From Podarcis cretensis (taxonomy: Eukaryota), in the NCBI GenBank assembly GCA_951804945.1, contig OX638153.1:73160001-73224000 (forward strand): a stretch of DNA of 64,000 nt, given 5' to 3'. Under the pieces are notes generated by a model that made no database searches, was not told where the DNA came from, and was given only the letters and a program-made list of their open reading frames with translations. The first letter of the stretch is position 1. Each line of letters opens with the position of its first letter. A program made the translations under genes and the position numbers. Below, piece after piece: positions 36,301 to 48,300 of this stretch.

Positions 36301-39300
36301 AATTCCATTTCTAACCTTGGGAGGAATTCAGTGTGGTGCTATGGCAATCATTCCTTCCACACAAGCATTTCACCTTGCCAGACAGAATTATCCACCCACC
36401 CATTGTTCTTGGGTTCTCCCATGCCAATTTTGGGGGTACAGGGGGAGGAGAAGATGAAAAGCCCCACTATGCTAGCAGAAGTCCTTTGTATTAAATCTGG
36501 CCCCTAGAAATTAATTTGGTGTTCACTCTGCCCGCTCCATGCTAAATTAGCAGTGCAATCCTGTACATGTTTACTCAGAAGTAAGCCCTCTTGAGTTCAG
36601 TGGATCCCAGCTTGCACACCAGCAGCATTTGGTGACCCATAGCCTACTGATGGATCCTTGTGCACCATTTGCAACTCTCCAGGAAATTACATTATTTCAA
36701 TAATGAACTGGAAAAACAATCTAAAGAAATCACATTGAAGAACAATGAATCCTGAAATTAGACAGCTGATATGTTGCTTAACTGGAAATCAAAATTTGTG
36801 ATTATCTGAAGGAGCTAGGTTTTTATCAAGTAGGCAAAGCTCCACACATTTTGAATGCATATGTGTTCATAGCTAGAATCCATTGGAGACGTTGGTTACC
36901 TTCCAGTGTCTGTTTGGCTGCCTTCCAGAAGAAAATCCAGTTCACAAATGGTTGCACAGCATGTTAAGATTTGGGGAACTGACATATTTCCTTGCATCTC
37001 ATCATCTCATAATTTTGCTGTATGTTGTCTATACTTATTGAAGGCTTAATAATTGGATTTTATTATACTGGTTCTAGCAATCACCAAGAAAACATATAAA
37101 GCTCTAGTGAATTCATGTTTGATGCTCACAATGCATGAAACAATTTTAGTATATTGGCATTTTGCTTTGCTAGCAGTATTCTAGAATTACGGACCTGACT
37201 CACCAGTTCCTTGCATTTGTAGTCAGGTCCCTCCTTCTGTAAACTGCTGCTTAAGCAAAATTCTCCACTTACTTAGGCTTGTTCTTATAATTTGAATTCG
37301 TTTTGTCTCTTCCACTTGGGTGAATTTCAGTCTACAATACAAGACTGAGAAGTGTTAAGTATTTAAAAGGAACAGTAGGCAGGTGGAGTCTAGTGGCTAG
37401 AGAACCCAGTATTTACTGAACACTCTTTGCACTCTTTTCTTCCTTGTGTGAAAACTGGAATGCATCAGGTTTCCCAGTAAGAGATAGGCCTGGCCATGAT
37501 AACAACATTGCCCTTGAATTGCCGTGATAGACACATAACTTGGCAATTACATTCAGTTTAGTGAACTCACTGTGTGCCGCAGTTGCTGCAAACATAATAA
37601 TCCTTTCTACCTGCTTGACTTCAGTTACTCTCTCATTGACTGGGAAAATGTACATTCAAACTGTTTTAAAGACAATGTTTTAGAATTTTGCATTTGGAAC
37701 AGGGGAGGCAATCCTAAATTTAATCCCGAGTGGCACTCAAGACTAGGGTTGTTGTTATTGAGGGAGCCCAATTGGCAAATGGTCCAGATCTTTTGCACCG
37801 GAGCACAGATCTGCTCACTAGAAGGACGGATCCTGAAGCTGAGGCTCCAATACTTTGGCCACCTCATGAGAAGAGAAGACTCCCTGGAAAAGACCCTGAT
37901 GTTGGGAAAGATGGAGGGCACAAGGAGAAGGGGACGACAGAGGACAACATGGTTAGACAGTGTTCTCGAAGCTACCAGCATGAGTTTGACCAAACTGCGG
38001 GAGGCAGTGGAGGACAGAAGTGCCTGGCGTGCTCTGGCCCATGGGGTCACGAAGAGTTGGACACGACTAAACGACTAAACAACAACAACAGATCTTCTGC
38101 CCCCAACCCTTAAAACACACACCTTAAAAATCCTGTTGTTTACAGGGTGGCTGGGTGTGCTGTGAAGTGATGGAGAGACTTCCCACTATCTTAATTTCAT
38201 CAGAGGTCTAAATTTGTATACATACATATAAATTAGCATATGAACATATTATGCAAATTTGTACCATGGACCTGTGCCCTGGTTCCAGTGATTTGTTTGT
38301 AATTTCAGCCTTTTAGATTTCAGTCATAGATCTCTTTAGGAATGCAGTCAGCATTGTGCTTTAATCTTTATTTGTGAAAATAACAGTTTGGTCAGTGACC
38401 CACATACCAACCGCCTACGTAGGCATAAATAGCTGAGATAGCTTGCTTTGTCTACCTACCTGGCTCAAGTACCGTCTTACCCTGAGTGGGGTTTACTACC
38501 TGCAAAAGGTATGAAAAGTACATCAGAAAATATTTGTTTCCTACACAGACACATTCCTTAGGCTGGAACACAATCCGTTTCAACAGCCACGTTTCTGTCT
38601 GAACACTTTTACTTCCTACAGTCAAAATATAGGTAAAGGTAAAGGTAAAGGTACCCCTGCCCGTACGGGCCAGTCTTGACAGACTCTGGGGTTGTGCGCC
38701 CATCTCACTTAAGAGGCCAGGGGCCAGCGCTGTCCGGAGACACTTCCGGGTCACGTGGCCAGCGTGACATCGCTGCTCTGGCCAGAGCCAGAGCCAGAGC
38801 CAGAGCCGCACACGGAAACGCCGTTTACCTTCCCGCTGGTAAGCGGTCCCTATTTATCTACTTGCACCCGGAGGTGCTTTCGAACTGCTAGGTTGGCAGG
38901 CGCTGGGACCGAGCAGCGGGAGCGCACCCCGCCGCAGGGATTCGAACCGCCGACCTTTCGATCGGCAAGCCCTAGGCGCTGAGGCTTTAACCCACAGCGC
39001 CACCTGCGTCCCCACAGTCAAAATATATGTGATGCTTAATATAATTTTACATATTAATTACATATTACATACCTGGTGTCGCTAGGGAATTCTAAGAAAC
39101 AAAAATATATGCTGTATGCTGTTTTGAGATCAGTGGTTAAAATCAGTCAAGCTTTGAAAGGTTCATTCCACCTTCTTGATCCAATTGTATCCAAACACAG
39201 ACAAGTACCTAGTCCTTGATCTCAGGAGTCATAATGCAAAATTTGGTAATGATATCAAGAGCATAAATATCAACATACATAAAGAACAGGTAGATAACTT

Positions 39301-42300
39301 TTCAGATTATCGTATTTTTCGCTCTATAACACGCACCAGACCATAACACGCACATAGTTTTTAGAGGAGGAAAACAAGAAAAAAAATATTCTAAACGAAA
39401 TAATGGATATATGATTTTTGTGGTTCATGCTGTGGCCACAGACATGTGATCTGACAGTGAGTTTGGAGTAGCCCAATGCAAAAATCCTGAGGATCCATGT
39501 GGATCCATGCTTTGTAACCATGGAGGAGGGAAGGAAGGGAAACCATGGATCCTCCGCTCACGACTGCAGCAGATCCCCCCCCCCGCCACCCGCAGGCATT
39601 CGCTCCATAACACGCACAGACATTTCCCCTTACTTTCTAGGAGGAAAAAAGTGAGTGTTATGGTGCAAAAAATACGGTACATAGTTTTTTTCTCATCCAA
39701 CCCATCCTCCAAGGATCTGAGGGTGTCATGTATGGTCCATTCTTTTATATTCACAGCCTTTTGGGGTAGGTAAGGTCAAGATCTAACCTACTTTACCAAG
39801 GAAGCCTATCTAGCCCCTTCTCTTATGACCTTTTGCCAGTAGTCAAAGGTGATTTTATTCATGCAGACCTCTGCAGTGCTGAGACCTTTACTGAAGGGGG
39901 TGGTGGCAGAATAGGGAGGGTGGTGGATTTGTGCAACCACCCCCTGTTCAGCCACACAAATTGCACCAGAAAGCAGGAGTTCCGCCACCACTTTGCCATT
40001 GCAGCAAAATGATCAACACAAAGTGTGGAGGGCGGGATACTAAGGAAGGTGTGGAGATTGTTGCAGGATATAAAACCAGGTAACTTTGGTTAAAGTTACT
40101 TACTTGGCTTAACTTTTAATGTGAAATACTGCTTGCTGGGATATGTTTCTTTATCTTTCTACATATAAAAAGGCTCAAAACTTCTTCTTTTTTAATGAAT
40201 GCTGAATGTTCAGGGAGGGGTATGAAATATCCAAAGGAGACCAGGCCCTGACATGCCTTCCTGTTGCTTTAATTTTGATAGTGCAGCTGTTTTGTTTGTA
40301 CAAGCTGTTCCTACACTGGTGATTATGTATACTTCAAGGAGTTCCTTCTTCCGTATGTACCTCCTCCACATTTATTAAGATCATCTCACTTAGCATTTCT
40401 CCATTTACTTTTATTAGCGCCAGGAAAGTGGAGAGTCAGACCCTCATCCATACTTCAGAACAGGGGTTTCCAAAGTGTGGTTTGCAGACCGGTGGTCCAT
40501 AAGCTTTGTTCAACTTGTCCATAGCAGTGACTTTGGCATCTAGGACAGTGTGTTATAATTAATAAACCACAGGCAGCAAAATCATTAAGTAGTTATTAAG
40601 AGCCAGTGTGGTGTAGTGGTTAAGAGCGGTAGTCTTATAATCTGGTGAACCAGGTTCGATTCCCCACTCCTCCACATGCAGCTGCTGGGTGACCTTGGGC
40701 CAGTCACACTTCTCTGAAGTCTCTCAGCCCCACTCACCTCACAGAGTGTTTGCTGTGGGGGAGGAAGGGAAAGGAGAATGTTAGTCGCTCTGAGACTCCT
40801 TAGGGTAGTGATAAAGCGGGATATCAAATCCAAACTCCTCCTCTTCTTCTTCTTCTTCTACTAAGACCCTCAGCAATTTTCAAGTTGTCTAGGGGTGGGA
40901 ACAAGTTTGGCAACCACTACCATAGTGTGCTCTCTGCTAAGAACACTAGTTTTTGTTATCCTGTGGTCTGATTTTATTTGATATTTTCTGGGAGATTTTA
41001 AGTTTTGGTACAACACGTCCTGCACTTAAATGTTGGAAATACTCCTGAGACATATTATCAATCAATAAGTTTCATCAAACAAACAACAATTAAATTATAT
41101 CAATGTATTTTACCCAAGGACCAGCAAAATTCAATAAGAATGAAGCCCCTTAAAAACCCATTACCTGAGGCATTACATTTTCATGGTCCCTAGTTTGGAA
41201 ACTAGTATCTTCATCTTTTCACAAGAAATTTCAAACAGTGTTCTTAGACTAAACATGGGGATTTCTTGTATGAACTCTTGATAGAGGTGGCAGCAAGGTG
41301 GTGCATGGCACTGAAGCGGTTTTTAATGAAATTGCTTATTTTTTTGAGACTCCCCATCTATGCACACCTGTTGTAGAATGTACTATCATGGTTAATAATA
41401 GTACACCCTGCAAGCATTATACTTTGTTTAATTTTGACATAGAACAGGTTTCTCACCCAGTGGGCACATTTTTAATTTTGAGAAAATGCCATTGGTGCCA
41501 GTCACAAAATGGCTGCCATGAGGGTGTCACATTGCCAACATAGCTGTCACAGCTAAAGGAGCAGAAAAAGAGAGACAGGAACAAAAAAATCATGAGGTAT
41601 CTATATCATCACTACACTCACTCACAGAGAGAAGCTCTTTGTACTGCTACTCTTACAACATACAGCAGTGAAAAAGTATCACAGGAGTGCCCTGTATTTT
41701 CAACAAGTACTCTTTCTGGCCTTTTTTATCCCTAAGCATCCTTAGAATTGTTGATTGTCAAAATTTTGTTAGAATAAAATTATAAAATAGAAAACCCAAC
41801 AAGGCTCATCAAGTTCCTAGGGAGTGCCCAGAGTCTTTTCACTGCACATCTTGCTTGGGTCATGAAATGATCCTAAACCACTGTTAGTCCAACTACAATG
41901 TATGCCCAGTTATTCAATTCTTATTTCACTTTCCCATCTCATCACTCTAACCCTTTCGTTCTTTAATTTAAAACAAATCAAACGCTGTCATTGCCCTGTT
42001 TTCCTCCTCTCCTTCTAGCATTGTGCTGTGTCAGCTAACATTTGCCCTTTCACTGACAGTTCTAATTCAGCACAGTGGCAAAGCAGGCAGAGTGGCACGG
42101 ACAGTAATAATAGGCTTTTATAAAGTAAACAAAGTCATTCAATGGAGGTCTGGTTTTCTGTTGAAAGAATGAAGCCACCTCTGTTTTGGAATAGTTTTTT
42201 GGAAAGCGCTATCAAGTGCTCTGACTCACCTTTTGTTCTCTCCATTTTTCTCCCTTTCCACTATACAGCCCCAAGTGTACCATTGGTCTGCGTCGGAATC

Positions 42301-45300
42301 AGAATAAATGGAACATCAAAAAATGGAGTGCAAGTGTTCTTGCTTAAATAGTTATTTCCCTTTCACACTGTCCCCTTCCACTGCCTGCATTCCCTTCATA
42401 TGGTGTTGGGGGACCCCGGCAAAGGTGTGAGATATAGTGTTGGGGGGGGTGCACACCTTATGTGAACAGAGGTGCCACTTCGGATCTTAGCCACACTAGT
42501 TTTGTAACAAAGAAACTGTGCAATTGAAACTTAAGGTGCACCCAGCCAACACATTCCATCAGTACAAGGATTTATGCTTGCACAACAGAAATTTTCCCCT
42601 CTCCTGCCCTTGCACACACTCCCTAAATCTGTTGTATGGATTCACCCAACGCTGTCATGGCCAACCCAAGGACAATGATGGAGAGGACTAGAGGCTTCTG
42701 ATCCTGAGGAGAGACCCAATGACTTGGGGGCCAGACAGCCAGATCCTGGGAAGGACCCAAGTAGGTTAATAGAGAAGTCTTCCATCCTCCCTCTGGAGAT
42801 GCCTAGTCCTTCACCTGCTGAGGAACCACCTTTGGTGCCTCCTATCACTCAGGAATCTACTCCCTCTAGAGAGGTGGCTAGCAGTAAGTCTGATGCTGAG
42901 CTGACCCTGTCTCCATCTCCTTCATCACAGACACAGAGATGCCAGTGTCAGCCTGAACATGGCTCATAAGGCCAACCCACCCAAAGAAGTTTCTGCTTGC
43001 TTGTCCAGACTTGGGACCCTAGCTACTTCAACACTAAAGCTGTGCCCACCCCACTCTTTAAAAGGAAGGTTCAGTGGGTGTGTCACTTGTTCCATCAATA
43101 ACTTAGCTTATGCTTTAAAAAAAGGTTAAGGACCCCTGACAGTTAAGTCCAGTCGCGAACGACTCTGGGGTTGCGGCGCTCATCTTGCTTTACTGGCTGA
43201 GGGAGCCGACGTTTGTCCACAGACAGTTTTTCTGGGTCATGTGGCCAGCATGACTAAGCTGCTTCTGGTGAAACCAGAGCAGCGCACGGAAACGCCATTT
43301 ACCTTCCTGCTGGAGCGGTACCTATTTATCTACTTGCACTTCGATGTGCTTTTGAACTGCTAGGTTGGCAGGAGCTGGGACCAAGCAACGGGAGCTCACC
43401 CTGTCGCGGGGATTCAAACCACCAACCTTCTGATCGGCAAGCCATAGGTTCAGTGGTTTAGACCACAATACCACCTGCATCTGCTTATGCTTAGCCATGT
43501 ATGTAACCTTCTGATTACTGTAACCTGTAACATGCTTTATGTACTAATCTAATCTGAAAATTAAAGCCTCTGGGAGAATGAATTGTGAGTTCAAGTTTTT
43601 CATTGGATGGGGAAGGACAGGACAGGCGGGGCCATGCAATGCTGGGGGAGGCCATTTCTCTGCATAGACTGAATTATCAGGGAAGGAGGAAAGCCTGGTG
43701 TTGTGTCCAATGAAAAAAAGACAGTCATGGAACCAAGAAATTACACAAAACAAAAGAATTGCTGTGAAAATCCCTGAAACGAGAAGTAATCGATTATAGA
43801 GTTAAATAAAAAAGTTTAAGGAAAAATTAACCTAGAATTAAACAAAGACTTAACGAGATGCCGGCTACAAAACTCATTTCACTGAACTAATCAGTTTCCT
43901 CCGAAGGAAATAAAGAAATTATAAACCTTAAATGATTTTAATTGATATCAAACAAACTCAAGAGCAGGGCTGAAACACTTCCCTGAGTTTCAAAAAAAGG
44001 TATGAAAACCTCAATGAAAAAGTTTTAAACATAGTCCTATTTAAGAGAACATTATAAACCTTAAACGATTTTAAATGATTTCAAGCAAACTCAAAAGCAT
44101 TGAGGTTTTCATACCTTTTTTGTAAACTCAGGGAAGCATTTCAGCCCTGCTCTTGAGTTTGTTTGGTATCTTATAATGTTCTCTTAAATAAGGCTATGTT
44201 TAAAACTTTTTAATTGAGGTTTTTGAGTTTGCTTGAAATCATTTTAAATCGTTTAAAGTTTATAATGTTCTCTCAAATAGGACTATGTTTAAAACTTTTT
44301 CATTGAGGTTTTCATACCTTTTTTTGGAACTCAGGGAAGCGTTTCAGCCCTGCTCTTGAGTTTGTTTGATATCACTTAAAATCATTTAAGGTTTATAATT
44401 TCTTTATTTCCTTCGGAGGAAACTGATTACCGTAGTTCAGTGAAATGAGTTTTGTAGCCGGCATCTCGTTAAGTCTTTGTTTAATTCTAGGTTAATTTTT
44501 CCTTGAACTTTTTGATTTTTGTTATTTAATCTAACTCTATAGTCAAGTACTTCTCGTTTCAGGGATTTTCATGGCAATTCTTTGGTGTTGTCTCCAAGGC
44601 AGTTGAAGGGCATCAGGAGGCAGGAGCAGATCCAGCACTCAAGAAGGAGCACCCAACTCAAGGCTAAGATTTATTGCTGGGACAGGCATGTCTCTATCTA
44701 TTTAAAAGTGTGGTGGGTAGGCAAGGCTGACAGTTTAAATAACTTTACACTCCTGTGCAGTCTCAGCTCACTGCTCCTAATCCTGAAATTCATAACCATG
44801 GCTTTGTCCCTGAATTGCATTTAGGGAACATTAAAGCTCTTCTCCTAAGTTGGTTTGATATTTGCTGCATCTCTGGCTCTTAAAGGTGTCTGGACTAATT
44901 CCTGCTCTTGTTGCTGAGTTTACACTATCTATTTGCTGAAATAAGACTTTGCTTCTTTACATGCAAGCAAGCACACTTGCCATTCTTGGAGAGGAGGATC
45001 AGGACAAACTCACTTTGGAGGAGATTTGGGGAGCATTCAGGGAAAGGTGGGAGGGAGATGTTATGTTACACAAGTGGAAATCCTTCTTAGTCAAATGCCA
45101 TCCTTATATTGGTTGCTGCCAAGGCTTATCATGCAAATTTTGTATTGCTGTTCTGTGTACACAGCAAATTGATAGAAAGAGAGATTATTCATGGGAACAT
45201 TCTTGTGTATTGTACAGTTTAATCTCTGAATGAGCAGCACTGTTTAAATTATTCAAAATATGGAAGAAATGAAGGTGTCATGTCTGGTGGCATGATAGCA

Positions 45301-48300
45301 GAATACCACAAAGTTGAAACTATTCCCCCACCCCCAAGAGTAGACTGTACTGCATTCAAAATACCACCATCCTCAAGAAATGGTTGTGATGGCTGGTTTT
45401 TTCTTTATTTTTGTTGGTGTTTTCTCCCCATGTCCAAACATATGAGTTTCCCAGCAACCTCTACAAACCATTATCCTGCATTTTGAAGTTCCAGTTTGAT
45501 AAAACTCAAAAGGCATGCTGGCTAATTCTTGGTATAATCTATGCAACTCAGAGTTTTTGGGTCAAATGTGTAGTTATCAAAGGTTGGACTATGCCGAGAA
45601 GTGTGAGAAAAAATAATAATCCAGAGCTATCCAGTTTGAATAAACATTTGTGATCATGGTGCACTTAATATAATGCTTTAGTGCAGAATCAGAGCATGCA
45701 TATCCAAAAAACATATCTCAGTGTCTCTGAAAAATATGAGACACATTGACTTTTTTCTGGACATCAGTCAATTATATATATATATAAAACCATTTAACAA
45801 TAGTAGCATTGTTGTTGTTGTTGTTTAGTCGTGTCCGACTCTTCGTGACCCAATGGACGAGAGCACGCCAGGCACTCCTATCTTCCACTGCCTCCCGCAG
45901 TTTGGTCAAACTCATGCTGGTAGCTTCGAGAACACTGTCCAATCATCTCGTCCTCTGCCGTCCCCTTCTCCTTGTGCTCTCAATCTTTCCCAACATCAGG
46001 GTCTTTTCCAGGGAGTCTTCTCTTCTCATGAGGTGGCCAAAAGTATTGGAGCCTCAGCTTCATGATCTCTCCTTGCAGCTTCATGATCTTCTCCTTAAGA
46101 ATGGAGAGGTTTGATCTTCTTGCAGTCCATGGGACTCTCAAGAGTCTCCTCCAACACCATAATTCAAAAGCATCAATTCTTTGGCGATCAGCCTTCTTTA
46201 TGGTCCAGCTCTCACTTCCATACATCACTACTGGGAAAACCATAGCTTTAGCATAATGCATTAGCATAATGCAGAGTAGTATTAGCATAATACTTTATAA
46301 TATACTTAAAACTCCTTAATTACTAGTCACAGAACAAACTATTCTGATTGTGCAACATAAATTAAATGTACATGTATCAGTATTCTAAACATTGGTACCA
46401 GGAGGTTGATTTTTCTGGATGTTGTGAGTAAAATGGAGAACATGCCATCAAAAGTCTAGCATAGAGTAGCCAACGGGATTCACTTCAGCTGTTGTGGAAT
46501 ACAACTCCCATCGTCCCTGTCAACTGACCATGCTGGCTGTGGTTGATGAAAGTTGGTAGTCCCAAATACCAAGGAGACACCACATTGATTACCTTTCTGT
46601 TAGGAATTCAAGTCTGGATAAAAAAATACTTCAGATATCAAGCACTGTTTTCAAGTCATCCGCAGGCGTCAAGTGACCTCTGGGTCAGTCATTGGATAGG
46701 AACACATCACTGGGGAAAACCCACCTCATATTCTCTGAGGTCACGTTCACACCATAAAGCACATTCAGTTTGCATTTAAAGAAAATTGCTCCCCCTCCCC
46801 CGAAAAACAACAACAACCTGTGAAGTGTAGTTTTCTTCAGGGTACTGGGAATTTTAGCTCTGGGAGTGCTTTAAATGTGTGGTGCAGATTTGACCTGGGT
46901 TTTCTCTATTTTACATAGATTCACCGCATAATTGTACAGTATTTCCAATCCAGAAGGCACAATGTTTGCCGTGTGAAGTAACCATTAGATGAAAGGAAGG
47001 AATGTTGCAAGCCACCCAGGGTGTATCCAATGAAAATCCCAAGCTATGTTCCAGCAATCCAGTATGGTTCATAAGAGCAGAGGCCTTATGAAGGCAAATT
47101 TTTGGCTGATAAATTCCAACCTTCCCTGCCACCCCCAATGCCTAATCAGTCGACTGTGGAAGAATCTCTTCCTTTCCCTTGCCTCCTCTCTTCCTATCCC
47201 CCACAAAGCCTGCTTTTGCTATCGCACTTCTTTCTCTCCATCACTTTCTCTCCTGTATTGCATGCATTGCACATCTTTCTTTCTCTTCTCTTTTGTTTTT
47301 GTGAGTGTGCATATACACACATTGCCTTTGGCTGTCTGTTTCTCTTGCTGCCTCATGCTGCCCTTTCTGTCTCCTCTCTCTTTCCTAAAGCTGATGCACG
47401 CACTTTTTGTGACAAGATTTCACCAGCACAGATGAAATATAAATAGTTTTTCATTCATTCTTTTTTTTTTAATAATTTTTATTGGTTTTCCAACACAAAT
47501 AAAAACAAACAACACATTCACATACACAAACAAAAACATATAAAACATGTATAATTTCATAATCCTGTTTTCATACCCCTTGTTTCTGCGACTTCCCCAT
47601 ACCTCCCTTTTACTGCATCCTTATTTTTAACATTTTTTTTTAGCAATTCTCCAATAATTAATTATTTAATTCACTTTCATTATATTCCTTTTTTCTTTAG
47701 CTTATTAGTTACAGCTGCAATTCTCTATTTCTTATTCCCTGTCATCTAACACTCCTCAATTTTGCAATAATTTTTAAGATATATCTTGAATTTCTTCCAA
47801 TCTTCTTCCACTGTCTCTTTCCCCTGGTCACGAATTCTGCCGGTCATCTCTGCCAGTCCCATATATTCAATCACCTTCGTCTGCCATTCTTCCAGAGTAG
47901 GTAGTTCTTGTGTCTTCCAATACTTTGCGAGGAGAATTCTTGCTGCTGTAGTGGCATACATAAAAAACGTCCTATCCTTCCTTGGCACCCATTGGCCTAC
48001 CATACCCAGAAGAAAAGTCTCAGGTTTCTTAGGAAAAGTCCACTTTAGGACTTTCTTAATTTCATTATAGATCATTTCCCAAAAGGCTTTAATCCTCGGG
48101 CAGGTCCACCAAAGGTGGTAGAAAGTACCTTCAGTCTCATTACACTTCCAGCAATTATTATTGGGCAAATGATATATTTTTGCAAGCTTGACTGGGGTCA
48201 TGTACCACCTGTAAATCATTTTCATTAAGTTTTCTTTTAAGGCATTACATGCCGTGAATTTAATACCGGTGGTCCATAACTGCTCCCAGTCCGCAAACAT

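Noticed and set aside
37572-38078. 168-aa ORF as a novel gene
   Set aside because: Chance read-in from unique DNA into a BovB 3' fragment; non-ATG start.
42645-43100. Possible solo LTR or Pro/Ser-rich ORF
   Set aside because: No clear TG...CA ends, TSD or second copy in the window.
43753-44583. Hammerhead ribozyme in the foldback (would support a Penelope origin)
   Set aside because: No CTGAnGA...GAAA core with supporting stems found by eye; needs an Infernal or RNAmotif search.
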